The notes beneath the pieces are model-generated. The model was given only the letters and a program-made list of their open reading frames with translations, had not been told where the DNA came from and searched no databases. From Planctomycetota bacterium (GTDB lineage: Bacteria > Planctomycetota > GCA-002687715 > DRQF01): a stretch of DNA of 64,000 nt. The stretch covers positions 3,669 through 67,668 of the forward strand of contig JAZGFI010000288.1 in NCBI GenBank assembly GCA_036479435.1, in the 5' to 3' direction. Every line of letters starts with the position of its first letter. Positions within the stretch are counted from its first letter, which is position 1. Both the position numbers and the translations under genes were made by a program. Positions 48,882-60,200 of this stretch are shown here, one piece after another.

Positions 48882-49140
48882 TAATAGAACCCGCGGATCG
48901 GAAGATTCCGCGTACCAATGGCTTAGGTGTCGAACGACCCGCGCAAAGCGCTCCCATAGCGGAGCCATGTGGGCCTTTCCCGTCGCCTTGTGTCATTTTG
49001 GAGATCCGACGAGATACGTGTCCGGCGCGATCTAGTCGATGACTGAATAGAAATGCGCTTTTCCTAGTCAAGCACCAGATGGTGCCGCGCTAGACAAAGC
49101 TAAATGGCGCCTCAGGGAATGCGGTGCAAGGGAGACGGGA

Positions 49141-51570
49141 ATGACTGATTCGAGCCAACAAGACCCCAAAGATCCGCGTCGCGACGAGGGATCAGGGGGT
49201 GAAGACCGTCCCCGCAAGGGCCGGAGCTACACCGGCTATATCCTCGTCGCCTTGATCTTGATTATCACCTATCTCGTTATCCAGAATTCCATCGGCAAGC
49301 CCAAGACGATTACCTTGCCGAACTTCTTCAACCTGCTGCTAAGAGGGCGCGTTGAAGGCGTCACGATCGAAAAGAACACCCTCGCCGTCAAGCTCACCGA
49401 GAGCGACGCGAAGTCCGGCAAGGCCGCGCGCGTCAACGTCCCCGAGAGTTTCATCTCGCAGCACGCGCTCGACCTCGAAGAGATGGCCGAAATGGGCCGC
49501 GAAGCCGCCGGTCGCGACGAAAAGGGCGTCGACGAACTCTACATTCTGTTTGGCCGCGCTCTGGCCAAGGGATCTGAGCCGAACTTTTTGGTTTACAAGC
49601 GTTACGTTCTGAGCATCGGCGGGAAAAACAGCTTACTCGTCAAGATGAGTCGACCCCCTCTGAATGACCTGACGGACTCCACTGCTGGCGGCATCGACGA
49701 TGTCGAACACACGGGGCTCACGGATTCCTTTCTGCTTGAGCCGAAGAGCGTCGTCGGCAACGGCGAGAGCTACAATTTGACTTTCAACGATCTGTTGAAG
49801 GTCACCAATACGAGCGCCTTCAACTTAGCGCATGGTCTGCCTTCTCCGACAGAGGTGACCGTGCCCGTCGTGGTGGGCAAAAAAGGCACCTTCTCTTGGG
49901 CTGAGGGCGATGAGCTGTGGCAAAAGCTGCTCGTGTCCTTGATTCCATGGGTTCTCATTATCGCGTTCTTGTGGTTCTTCGTGTTCCGCCAGATGCGGGG
50001 CGGTGGAGTTGGCGGCAACGTCCTTTCCTTTGGCAAAAGCCGAGCCAAGATCGCCAATCGCGAGACCAGCAAGGTGACTTTTGCGGATGTCGCGGGCATC
50101 GACGAGGCCAAGGCCGAAGTCGAGGAGATCGTGGAGTTCCTTAAGAACCCTCAGCGCTTCGCGAGGCTTGGGGGCCGAACGCCACGCGGTGTGCTTCTCG
50201 CCGGTTCACCGGGAACGGGCAAGACCCTGTTGGCGAAGGCCATCGCGGGCGAAGCCGAAGTCCCCTTCTACAGCATCTCCGGCTCGGACTTTGTGGAGAT
50301 GTTCGTCGGAGTTGGCGCTTCGCGAGTGCGCGACCTCTTCAAGCAGGCGCGTGAGAACTCGCCCTGCATTGTCTTCCTCGACGAGATCGACGCCGTTGGT
50401 CGGCGCCGGGGCGCGGGCCTTGGCGGCGGTCACGACGAACGCGAGCAAACGCTGAATGCCATCTTGGTTGAAATGGACGGATTCGACACTGACACGGGCA
50501 TCATCGTCGTGGCAGCGACGAACCGAGTGGATGTCCTGGACCCGGCGCTGTTGCGCCCGGGACGTTTCGATCGCCAGATCAACGTCTCCCTGCCCGACGT
50601 GCGTGGCCGTGAGGCAATCCTCGGCGTCCACGTGAAGGGTGTAAAAATGCACCCCAGCGTGAATCTAGAAAAGATCGCGCGCGGCACTCCCGGTTTTAGC
50701 GGGGCGGAGCTTGAAGCTCTCGTCAACGAATCGGCGATTCTCGCCACGATGGCCAAAAAAGACTACGTCTACGAAGAGGATCTCGAAGAGGCGCGGGACC
50801 GCATTCGTTGGGGCCGTGCCAAGCGCAGCCGCATCATGGATGAGGCCGACCAAAAAATTACGGCCTACCACGAAGCGGGCCACACGATTGCCTCTTGGCT
50901 GCTGCCGGACGCAGATCCACTGCACAAAGTCACGATCATCCCGCGTGGCCCTTCGCTCGGCGCCACGATGTATTTGCCCGACAAAGACCGCTACAGCATG
51001 ACGAAGGGGCAGATGGAGACTTTCCTGAAGATCTGCTTTGGGGGTCGACTCGCCGAAGAGCTCTTTTGTGGTGACATCACCTCCGGAGCTGCCAACGACA
51101 TCAAGCAAGCGACGGATTTGGCGCGCCGCATGGTGCAAGAGTGGGGCATGACGGACAGCGTGGGTCTGATCAGCTACGAAGTCGGTGAAGAGAACCCCTT
51201 CCTCGGTCGCGACATCGGTCGTCAACACCGCATCAGCGATGCGACGGCGGAGCGGATCGAAATTGAGGTGAGGCGAATCATCTCTGAAGCCTACGAGGCT
51301 TGTCGTGAGCTTCTCGTAAACAACAGCGACAAGCTCGAGCTTTTGGCCGAAGCCCTGCTGGAATATGAAACACTCGACAAAGAAGAGATCGATGGACTCC
51401 TGAACGGCGAATCCATCGAAGCAGTTCGTGAGCGGGCACGGGAGGCTCAGGCCAATCTCGAACGCGAGCGCAAAGAGGCAACACGGCCCCAAGTAACGCC
51501 GCGACCGCAGCCAGACCCTGATCCCAACCCCGACTTCCCCTCCGGCCTAGCCGGTGAAGGCGCGGGCTAG
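49141..51570 (+). CDS. ftsH: ATP-dependent zinc metalloprotease FtsH
   Basis: Two TMs, [36 protein letters not shown]. Confidence 0.97.
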   Translation: MTDSSQQDPKDPRRDEGSGGEDRPRKGRSYTGYILVALILIITYLVIQNSIGKPKTITLPNFFNLLLRGRVEGVTIEKNTLAVKLTESDAKSGKAARVNVPESFISQHALDLEEMAEMGREAAGRDEKGVDELYILFGRALAKGSEPNFLVYKRYVLSIGGKNSLLVKMSRPPLNDLTDSTAGGIDDVEHTGLTDSFLLEPKSVVGNGESYNLTFNDLLKVTNTSAFNLAHGLPSPTEVTVPVVVGKKGTFSWAEGDELWQKLLVSLIPWVLIIAFLWFFVFRQMRGGGVGGNVLSFGKSRAKIANRETSKVTFADVAGIDEAKAEVEEIVEFLKNPQRFARLGGRTPRGVLLAGSPGTGKTLLAKAIAGEAEVPFYSISGSDFVEMFVGVGASRVRDLFKQARENSPCIVFLDEIDAVGRRRGAGLGGGHDEREQTLNAILVEMDGFDTDTGIIVVAATNRVDVLDPALLRPGRFDRQINVSLPDVRGREAILGVHVKGVKMHPSVNLEKIARGTPGFSGAELEALVNESAILATMAKKDYVYEEDLEEARDRIRWGRAKRSRIMDEADQKITAYHEAGHTIASWLLPDADPLHKVTIIPRGPSLGATMYLPDKDRYSMTKGQMETFLKICFGGRLAEELFCGDITSGAANDIKQATDLARRMVQEWGMTDSVGLISYEVGEENPFLGRDIGRQHRISDATAERIEIEVRRIISEAYEACRELLVNNSDKLELLAEALLEYETLDKEEIDGLLNGESIEAVRERAREAQANLERERKEATRPQVTPRPQPDPDPNPDFPSGLAGEGAG

Positions 51571-51602
51571 TGGGTGGGCGCTTTGGCGACCGTTGTGACT
51601 AG

Positions 51603-52478
51603 GTGACCACCGCGCCCGCTGATCCTTGCCCTGCCCCTTTGGTCACCCGCAAGGGGACGATCGGGCTTAGCGGGCGCACGCGGATCATGGGTGTTTTGAA
51701 TCTAACGCCGGATTCTTTTTCTGACGGCGATCGCTTCGCGACGCTGGAGCAGGCGGTTGATTGCGCGCTCCGCATGGAAGATGTGGGTGCCGACTTCATT
51801 GATATCGGCGGATTCTCGTCGCGCCCTGGCGCCGCGGACGTTTCCGAAGATGAAGAGCTGCGGCGAGTCCTCCCCGTGATCAGCGCCCTCGCGGCCCGAC
51901 TGAGCTGTCCGATATCCGTGGACACCTTTCGGGCGCGCGTGTTCGCGGAGTGCTTCGAATCCGGTGCCGCCATGTTGAATGACATCAGCGCTTTTCGCGG
52001 TGACGAGGCGATGCTCGAGACTTTGGCGAAAACCCAAGCCCCCGCGTGCTTGATGCACATGCAGGGCGATCCGCAGTCGATGCAGGAGCGTCCGCACTAC
52101 GAAGATGTCGTGGCCGAAGTCACCGCCTTCTTCCAGGAGCGACTTGCGAGCGCCGCCGCCGCCGGCGTATCCGCAGATCGATTGCTTTTGGATCCTGGGA
52201 TTGGCTTCGGCAAGACTCTTGAGCACAATTTATTGCTGCTTCGCGCGGTGCCGGATTTTGCGGCCTTGGGATGCGGATTACTTTACGGCACGTCGCGAAA
52301 GAGCTTTCTTGGAAAGATCCTTGGACGTCCTGATCCCCGCGAGCGAGAATGGGCCACCGCGGCGACCACCGCTTACTTGTTCGCGGCAGGGGTTCATGTG
52401 CTCAGGGTGCATGATGTCGCAGCAAATATCGATGTGTTAAATGTTGTCAAGATGATTCATGGAAAGGACTTAGGATGA
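51603..52478 (+). CDS. folP: Dihydropteroate synthase
   Basis: MGVLNLTPDSFSDG, SRPGA, DPGIGFGK, SRKSF, RVHDV. Confidence 0.96.
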   Translation: MTTAPADPCPAPLVTRKGTIGLSGRTRIMGVLNLTPDSFSDGDRFATLEQAVDCALRMEDVGADFIDIGGFSSRPGAADVSEDEELRRVLPVISALAARLSCPISVDTFRARVFAECFESGAAMLNDISAFRGDEAMLETLAKTQAPACLMHMQGDPQSMQERPHYEDVVAEVTAFFQERLASAAAAGVSADRLLLDPGIGFGKTLEHNLLLLRAVPDFAALGCGLLYGTSRKSFLGKILGRPDPREREWATAATTAYLFAAGVHVLRVHDVAANIDVLNVVKMIHGKDLG

Positions 52479-53377
52479 TCTTACACTACGCAAAGCTACT
52501 CTTTGAAGTCCTTCTCGTGGCCCTGGTTTACTACGGATTCATCCGGCATTTGCAGCGCACGCGCGGCGGGGGATTGCTCGCGGGCTTCATCGTATTGCTG
52601 CTCATGACGATCGGGGGCTTTGCGCTCGTGATCGGCCTGCTCGAATTACCGCACCTCCAAAAACTCGCCGACGCCGCCTTACCCGCGCTTTCGATCGCGC
52701 TTCTGATCATTTTTCAACCGGAATTGCGTTTGGCGATCTCGCGCCTGGGGAGCATCAAGCCGCTCCGCATCATGCAGCGCTTTTTCGGTTCCGCAACGCC
52801 GCACCATACGTCGCGCGTCGTCGATGCCATCTTGAATGCCTGCGAGCGCCTTTCGAGAGGCCACACCGGAGCCCTCATCGTGGTGCAGCGCATCGAGGGA
52901 ATCGAGGGTTTTGCGGTGGGAGGGTGTAAGCTTGATGCCGAGGTGACGAGCCGGCTGTTGGAGACGATCTTTTTCGACGGCACATCGCTCCACGACGGCG
53001 CCGTGATGATCATTGACGGACGCTGCATGTTTGCCGGTTGCAAACTTCCAGTGTCGGCCTCGAACGCTCAGGTGCGTCAGCGTCGTTTGGGCACGCGGCA
53101 CTCCGCCGCTCTTGGCATCTCCGAAGAATCCGATGCTCTCGTCATTGTGGTGTCCGAGGAGTCAGGGCGCATCTCGATTGCGAAACAGGGAAAGATTGAG
53201 ATCGGCGTCAGCCTCGATGATCTCCGCCACGAGATTAGCGAAGGCCTTGAGACGCAATTCAAGCGCCCGAATACGGAACCCAGTCAGAAGATGGATCACG
53301 CCGAGTTGCAACCGGCTTTGGCCAACGAGGGCGAAGCTGACATCAGCCTTGAGTCCAGGGATGAGGACGTGGCCTGA
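52475..53377 (+). CDS. cdaA: Membrane diadenylate cyclase (CdaA/DacA)
   Basis: Three TMs, IIFQPELR, GALIV, LHDGA, LGTRHSAA, VVSEESGRIS. Confidence 0.88.
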   Translation: MILHYAKLLFEVLLVALVYYGFIRHLQRTRGGGLLAGFIVLLLMTIGGFALVIGLLELPHLQKLADAALPALSIALLIIFQPELRLAISRLGSIKPLRIMQRFFGSATPHHTSRVVDAILNACERLSRGHTGALIVVQRIEGIEGFAVGGCKLDAEVTSRLLETIFFDGTSLHDGAVMIIDGRCMFAGCKLPVSASNAQVRQRRLGTRHSAALGISEESDALVIVVSEESGRISIAKQGKIEIGVSLDDLRHEISEGLETQFKRPNTEPSQKMDHAELQPALANEGEADISLESRDEDVA

Positions 53378-53501
53378 TGAGCTTCTTAAGATCGCTGTTC
53401 ACCGCGAACTTGCTGGCGAAGTTTTTCTCCTTCGCTGGCCTGATAAAGTTCTTTAGATCGCTCTTCACCGAGCACCTGTTGGCGAAGTTCTTCGCCCTCG
53501 T
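53370..53501 (+). repeat. 66-bp tandem duplication spanning the cdaA stop and cdaR start
   Basis: 53370-53435 versus 53436-53501, about 53/66 identical and ungapped. Confidence 0.9.
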
Positions 53502-54573
53502 GTTTGCCGCCGCGACGATCTACCTCGTCGACCGTGAGCTGCGGATCGAATGGTACGACGTCTCGATGGACATCGTAACCGGCGATGAGTCACGCGAGGG
53601 GAGCAGCCCCTATGTTGTTCTGCGGACGGCTCCCAATATTTGGGTCCACCCGGACGATCTTGAAAAGACGATTCGCCTGACGATTGAAGGGCCGGAGAAA
53701 AACCTTGCCGTTTTCCGACGGAATCCCGCAGTCCAGTTGAATATCCTCGACAGTTGGGCGAAGAAAGGTGGCAGCGGTGAGACCAAGCATGTTCTCGTCG
53801 ACGCCGACTTCAGCCTGCCTCGCTTTCCCGGGGTTGAGATAAGTGTCGAATCGGATGTGGTTATCCGAGTGGATCGCTTCGTCGAAGTTGAGAATGTTCG
53901 CGTCGAATACGCGCAAACTCCAAAACTCCTTTCGGTTGGGATTCTATTCGACCCTAGTCTTACGAAGATCGAACCATCGCACCTTAGTGTTCGAGGGCCA
54001 AGACAATACGTCAGCGGCCTTGGCGGCGAACTCGGCGCAGCTCTCCCCTTGAGACTCGCCTTGGGTGACAAGGCTCAATACCGTCCCGGTTCTAGCTACG
54101 ACGCACTACCGGCGGATGGATTTAGCCGGAACCAAGTGACCTTTTCGAATCGCGATTTCGTGAAAGTTACCCTCGGCGCACGAACCGATGAGATCGTTTC
54201 TTTGGTGCTCGGCGCTTTTGATGTGACCTTGGCCCTCGACTATCCGAGCTACGAAGCGATTCAGGACAAGAAAGTGCTATTGGCGATCGAGGCGCAGTTG
54301 TCGCAAAAAGTCAAAGTGACACTCGAAGGGCCAAAGTCTCGCGTGAGCCCCTACCAAAGTTTGGAAGCCCAGAAGCGGTTGAGGAAGCGACTGCGTGTCA
54401 TCGTAGATCCGACTTCTTTCGTCAATGACGTCGCCGGTGGTTTGACCCCGCCAACGCAACTCGACGTGCGACTTATCGCCATTGATGGCCTTCTTCCGGA
54501 AGGGCTGAGGGTCAAGGAACTCGATCCCAATCCGATTTCGATCACGATCAAAAAACAGACGACACAACACTAG
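53377..54573 (+). CDS. CdaR/YbbR-like membrane protein
   Basis: LAKFFALVFA TM typical of the YbbR N-terminus; repeated LTIEGP / LSVRGP / VTLEGP; lies between cdaA and glmM. Confidence 0.7.
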   Translation: MSFLRSLFTANLLAKFFSFAGLIKFFRSLFTEHLLAKFFALVFAAATIYLVDRELRIEWYDVSMDIVTGDESREGSSPYVVLRTAPNIWVHPDDLEKTIRLTIEGPEKNLAVFRRNPAVQLNILDSWAKKGGSGETKHVLVDADFSLPRFPGVEISVESDVVIRVDRFVEVENVRVEYAQTPKLLSVGILFDPSLTKIEPSHLSVRGPRQYVSGLGGELGAALPLRLALGDKAQYRPGSSYDALPADGFSRNQVTFSNRDFVKVTLGARTDEIVSLVLGAFDVTLALDYPSYEAIQDKKVLLAIEAQLSQKVKVTLEGPKSRVSPYQSLEAQKRLRKRLRVIVDPTSFVNDVAGGLTPPTQLDVRLIAIDGLLPEGLRVKELDPNPISITIKKQTTQH

Positions 54574-54587
54574 CGAGTCATCAAGCC

Positions 54588-55955
54588 GTGCATCAACGAC
54601 GTTACTTTGGAACTGACGGCATTCGCGATCTTGCGAATGCCGGAAATCTCACTCCGGACAAAGTTCTACAGATCGGCCATGCCATGGGCCGCCTTGTCAG
54701 GGAGAAGTGTCCAGGGCCCTCAAAGCCGATCGTCGGCATGGTCCGCGACACGCGCCTGTCGGGTCCGATGATCGGGCGCATCCTCTCAGGCGCTCTCATG
54801 GCCCACGGCGTCGACGTGTATGACGCGGGAATGTTGCCGACACCTGCGGTTGCCTATCTGGTGCGCCGCGAGCAATGGGAACTCGGAATCGTCATTTCGG
54901 CCTCTCACAACCCAATGCCCGACAACGGCATCAAGCTCTTCGGTACTAACGGCCGCAAGCTATCCGATGATCTTGAACTTGAGATCGAGCGCTACATCGA
55001 TCAAGCCGCGAGCCGTGATGTCTCGGTTACCGGTGCAGACGTTGGTCGGTTGACGCCCTTTCGCGAGGGTGAACAACTCTACATGGATGCCATGTGCCAG
55101 GAGTACTTTGGTGATCTCGACCTCAACGGCATGAAGATTGTCATCGACTGCGCCAACGGGTCAGGTAGTCGTGTGGCGCCGAGGATTCTCGCGGCGCTCG
55201 GCGCGGAAGTCACTCAGGTCAATGACAAGCCGGACGGCCTTAACATCAACGACAATGCCGGCGTGTTCGCGATTGGGGCTTTGGCGCCGATCATTGCCGC
55301 CGAAGGTGCAGATCTTGGCCTCGCTCTCGACGGCGATGGCGACCGCGTCATCATGATGGACGAAAAGGGCCGCACTCTCGACGGCGACGACATCCTCGCG
55401 ATGTTGGCGCGAGGTTTTTCCGCGGACACTCCTAAGGAAGAGCGCCAGATCGTCGCTACAGTCATGAGCAACATGGGGCTTAAGATCATGGCGGCGGAGC
55501 ATGGGATTGCCTTGCATGAAACTGCTGTCGGTGACCGTTATGTCGCAGAGAAAATGCTTCAAACCAAAGCGAAGATCGGCGGCGAACAAAGTGGGCACAT
55601 CATCTTCGAAGAGGATGGTGTTTGGTTCGGCGACGGCTTGTATTCGGCCTTGCGCGTCGTGAGGGCCATGAAAAAAGAAGGCATTCCCTTGTCAAAGCTC
55701 GGCGACGCGATGGAGCACTTCCCTCAAGTGCTCATTAACGTTGAGGTGAGCGAGAAACCGCCGATCTCCGAAATTCTCCCACTTCAAAATGCTCTCCGCA
55801 AATACCAACTTCAGCTTGGGGATGCGGGCCGTATCTTGGTGCGTTACTCCGGAACTGAGAAACTTGCGCGGGTCATGGTCGAGGGCCGTGAACAAGCGGA
55901 AATTCACGCGATTGCCGAGGACCTAGTTGCCGTGCTGAAGACTGAAATCGGATAG
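54588..55955 (+). CDS. glmM: Phosphoglucosamine mutase
   Basis: YFGTDGIR, ISASHNP, DGDGDR, TVMSN, GGEQSGH, RYSGTE. Confidence 0.96.
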   Translation: MHQRRYFGTDGIRDLANAGNLTPDKVLQIGHAMGRLVREKCPGPSKPIVGMVRDTRLSGPMIGRILSGALMAHGVDVYDAGMLPTPAVAYLVRREQWELGIVISASHNPMPDNGIKLFGTNGRKLSDDLELEIERYIDQAASRDVSVTGADVGRLTPFREGEQLYMDAMCQEYFGDLDLNGMKIVIDCANGSGSRVAPRILAALGAEVTQVNDKPDGLNINDNAGVFAIGALAPIIAAEGADLGLALDGDGDRVIMMDEKGRTLDGDDILAMLARGFSADTPKEERQIVATVMSNMGLKIMAAEHGIALHETAVGDRYVAEKMLQTKAKIGGEQSGHIIFEEDGVWFGDGLYSALRVVRAMKKEGIPLSKLGDAMEHFPQVLINVEVSEKPPISEILPLQNALRKYQLQLGDAGRILVRYSGTEKLARVMVEGREQAEIHAIAEDLVAVLKTEIG

Positions 55956-55969
55956 GGGGCGTCTTCTTC

Positions 55970-57184
55970 ATGTCTACAAGACGTTTGGACATGCGCACCT
56001 GGGCTGAGATCGATCTTGATGTCGTCCAACGGAACGCGGCCAGAATCCGCGAACGCCGGCCTCACCACGACTTGATTGGAGTTCTCAAGGCCGATGCCTA
56101 CGGGCATGGCGCAGCAGCTCTCGCCGAAGCGGTCGTGGGAGCGGGAGCCACCATGCTCGGCGTCGGCGACTCGCGGGAGGCTCTCGAACTTATTCTGGCC
56201 GGCGTCAAAGTCCCGGTGATCATCCTCGGTGCCATTATCGACGGCGAGATGCCCGCCGTCATTCGCCACGACATTCGCACCACGATTCACTCGATGAATC
56301 GCGTCGAGCAGCTAGAGCGAGAGGCTGACCGGCAAGAGCGCCAACATTCGGTTCACATCAAAGTTGATACGGGCATGGGGCGACTGGGGATGATGCCCGA
56401 GCGAGCGGTAGATGTCGCGCGCCGCATCGCCCAATCAAGTTCCCTCCTCCTGGAAGGTTTGTCGACTCATCTCGCCAACAGCAATTTGGATGTCACCGAA
56501 AAATCGCAGCGTCAGCTGCGGGTTTTTCAAGAAGTTCACGACGCGGTTGTCGCCGAGCTTGGTCCGATCCCGGTGGTTCACGCGATGAATACGGCCGCGG
56601 CTTGGAATCTTGATGTCGTGGACGAAGTCGGAAACGCGCTCCGCGTCGGGGCAGCGCTCTACGGGATTCCGGGCCCGACCCTCCAGCCCTATCCCTTTGA
56701 ACCCGCGATGACGCTCAAAAGCCAGATCATCTTCATGAAGGATGTCCCGGCGGGAACCTCAGTGGGCTACAACGGCACCTGGGTCGCAGAACGCCGTTCG
56801 CGCCTGGCGACGTTGCCCCTTGGTTTTAACGACGGGCTGCCACCATCGTCGAGCGTTGACGGCTTCGTGTTGGTGCGGGGCCAACGGGCGCCGGTGCGAG
56901 GCGCGGTCTCCATGGACTACACCACCGTTGATGTCACAGACATCGAGGGTGCCGCAGTTGGCGACGAAGCTTTGGTTTTCGGGCGCGGACAGAAGAACTT
57001 GGATGCCGATGGGCCAGCTCAAGAAAGCGAATTGCCCCTGCGGGATGTGGCTGAGAGAGTCGGTTCATCGCCCTACGCGATGACTTGCGGCGTTGGCAAA
57101 CGCGTGCACCGTCTGTACTTCGGTCAACGATCTGAGAATGAGATCAAAAAGATGACTTTGGAAGAGAGTCAAGGGCACCCATAA
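55970..57184 (+). CDS. alr: Alanine racemase
   Basis: VLKADAYGHG (PLP lysine), KVDTGMGRLG, VGYNGTW, SMD. Confidence 0.93.
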   Translation: MSTRRLDMRTWAEIDLDVVQRNAARIRERRPHHDLIGVLKADAYGHGAAALAEAVVGAGATMLGVGDSREALELILAGVKVPVIILGAIIDGEMPAVIRHDIRTTIHSMNRVEQLEREADRQERQHSVHIKVDTGMGRLGMMPERAVDVARRIAQSSSLLLEGLSTHLANSNLDVTEKSQRQLRVFQEVHDAVVAELGPIPVVHAMNTAAAWNLDVVDEVGNALRVGAALYGIPGPTLQPYPFEPAMTLKSQIIFMKDVPAGTSVGYNGTWVAERRSRLATLPLGFNDGLPPSSSVDGFVLVRGQRAPVRGAVSMDYTTVDVTDIEGAAVGDEALVFGRGQKNLDADGPAQESELPLRDVAERVGSSPYAMTCGVGKRVHRLYFGQRSENEIKKMTLEESQGHP

Positions 57185-57219
57185 TCGGGGCCAGAGCCTT
57201 TTGAGCCGCGGAGCTATAT

Positions 57220-60200
57220 TTGTACCGACGTCACTACTACTTGCTTGCGCTGGTTTTCTTGGGCGGTGTCTTGGCGCTCGATCTGTCGTTCTTGCTACAC
57301 CCAGATCGCCTCGAGAGGCTCATTGACGCCGAACTCAGCAAGAATCTCAAGGTCGACTACCGCTACGACGAACTCGGATTTGACGGCAGGGCAATTATTG
57401 TTGAAAAGCTGGAGCTGTCCCGGCCCAAGAATCCCGACCAGCTCGCGCTTAGTTGTGAGCGCGTCGGCGTAACTCTCGACTTGGGGGCACTTTTTTCGGG
57501 TGAACTCAAAGTCAAGCGGATCGCCATCGAACAACCAGTTGTTTACCTGCGCTGGAATGACCAAGGCGATCTGGACCTTGCGAGCCTCGTGAAGTCGTCG
57601 GACACGAAGTCGCGCGCGCCGACAATTCCCGTCCTTGATATTACCGGCCTTCAGCTCAAGTTCATCAATGCTCCCTTCTTTGATGACGCGCGCGACATCA
57701 ACATCGGTCACGTCGACCTGGAGCTGACGCCGCGTTTCTCGGATGCTTTTTCTTATTCATTCAGCGGCAAGGTCAAGGACGAGACTTTCGGCCGACTCGA
57801 TATCGAAGGAACTTTTGGCGCGGCCCTGTTCCGCGGTGCCGTGCGCTGCCAGGGATTTAGAATCACGCCTGAGCTCATCGGCTTGTTTCGCAAAGACCTG
57901 AGACAAGCACTTGAACCCATTCGCATGTCAGGTGGTCTTGATCTCAAGCTGGACGTCGACTCCCAAGAACTCCTGCAAGGTGTGGACCTGCGGTTGACGG
58001 CAACTACCAAGGGACTGGGTCTCGGTTGGGGAAACAGCCCCGACCTTGTCGAAGGGCTCGAGGGCACCTTTGTCTTCGAGGGGCAACGCTTCGAGAGTAA
58101 ACACCTCCAGTTCAAGTTGTGCGGTGCTCCAGTGCGAGTCACGGACTTTCGGGTCGACTTTCCCCATAAGATCGGGTCGCTGAATGTCGTCACCGGCAAT
58201 GATGGGCTCGTTGTCGATGAGCCCACGTTTTTCGCGCGCGCCCTTGTCGAAGACCTTTGGCTTAGTGAAGAATTCGGAAAGTCCTTGTTGGAGCTGCCCG
58301 ATCCCTTTCCTGAGATTGGCGAGACGATCATCGCTCTTGGCTGCGAAGGCAAGATCGTTTTGGATTGCACTCTGAGCCGAGACCCCAAAAAGCAACGCGA
58401 TCCCGCGCAGCGCAGAGTCGCCATTGATTGCGCCATCGATTTTCAAGAAACGACGATGGCTTGGCGGGGCTACGCTGATGACGACACGGGACTCCGCGAA
58501 GGGTATCCCTACCCCTTCACTCGGCTGATCGGTCGGCTGCAACTCCATAACGATGGGATCTTCACGGTGGGTGAGGGACTCCGCTCGCAAGCAGAAGACC
58601 AGGATGTGGTGATCAAGGGTCGCGTGGATTTTGGGCGCCAACCGCTCGCCTATGATGTTCGCGTCGAGGCGATCGAGCTGAATCTCGATGGTCGCATCAA
58701 AGCCGCCCTGAGCGACGACGAGAAAAAGATCTACGACAGCTTCGACCCGGAGGGCCAAATCGATTTTGATCTTCATGTCCAGCGCTTGGCGAGCGCGCTA
58801 GACGAGGATGCGCAGGTCCGCATCGAATTCGGTTTGCACCTCGATTCAGCCAAGCCCGAGGTATTCCCGATCGACCTCGTCAATGTCGAGGGCCGGGTTG
58901 TCTTGGAGGAGGGGCGACCGATTAGTTTGCGCGGTATCACGGCAGAGGCCGCGACGGCGAAATTCAGTTTAGGCGGTGAATTGGATTTTTCGGACGACGG
59001 AGGGGATGGAGACTTCAAACTTGAGATCGGCGTCGAGGACTTGCAGGCGGATGCGACTTTTCTCAATGCCCTGCGACTACCCTACCCGGACGTCAGCAAT
59101 GAACTCACCCGCTACCAGTTGAAGGGTCTTTTCGATGTGGAGGCGACGATCGACTCCAACCCGGCGGTTGCCAACATCTTTGACTTGACGCTGAAGGGTG
59201 TTGATTTCCGGATTCCCGATCTCGCAGAAGTGCCTTTTGAGAACTATCGCGGCAAGCTACGGGTCGTTGGCGAACGTCTTGATGTCGTCAGTGGTGGATT
59301 TAGCGCTTACGGTAACCAGATGGAGCCCTCGGGTTGGGTCACCTTTGGCGATGACGCCCGTTGGGATCTTCGGGTGAAAGGTAGCCGGCTGACCGTGGAC
59401 GACCGTCTTATGCGTTTCGCGGCTTCCTTCTCCGAGGAAGTGGCAGAGTTTACGAATCAATTCGACGCCAGCGGCCACACCGGTCTCGATGTTCGCTTGA
59501 GGCGTTCGTCAGTGGGAGAGCTCATCACTACTCGAGTGTTGCCGGTGGGCCTTAGTCTTCGTCACCGCAGCAAGCCCTTGGTGATTGGCAACATCCACGG
59601 GATTCTAGAGATACGTGGCGACGCCTTGCGGCTCGAAGAACTTACCTCCGATCTCATCGGGGGGCGTGGCCCGAATCCCGTGCCCGCCACTGTGAGCCTC
59701 GGCCAGGGAAGTTTTACGAGCATGGATGGGCTCCATCTCAAAGACATCCAAATTGTTGGTCTTCCGCTCGGCGCATCGACCGTCTCGTGGGCGCCCGCCG
59801 CAGTGGGGGAATTCCTGCGTGACCTTGCGATGGAGGGTCATGTCGACGTCAGCGTCGAAGTCTTACGTTTTCACGAGGGCCGAGCTGTTTTCAAAGCCGA
59901 CATCAAGCCCCGGCTTTTGCGAGCCGATGTCGGTTTTTCTTTGGAACTCAATTCCGGCGTGCTTGATCTCTCCAGCGCCGTCGTGACGGCGGACGGGCTC
60001 GAGTTCATGGAAGGACGATTCAAACGCTCCCACGGCAAAATACAGCGCTTCCTTTTCCAGAAACTCGCGGCCGATTTTTTGTTTGAGAATGGGGCCTTGA
60101 GTCTCTCGAAAATCGATACGAGGCTCATTGGTGGTCGAACCAATCCCAAGGAAACTCGATTCAAGGTGCAGTTGGGCGAGGTCAAGACTTTCGACTTGGG

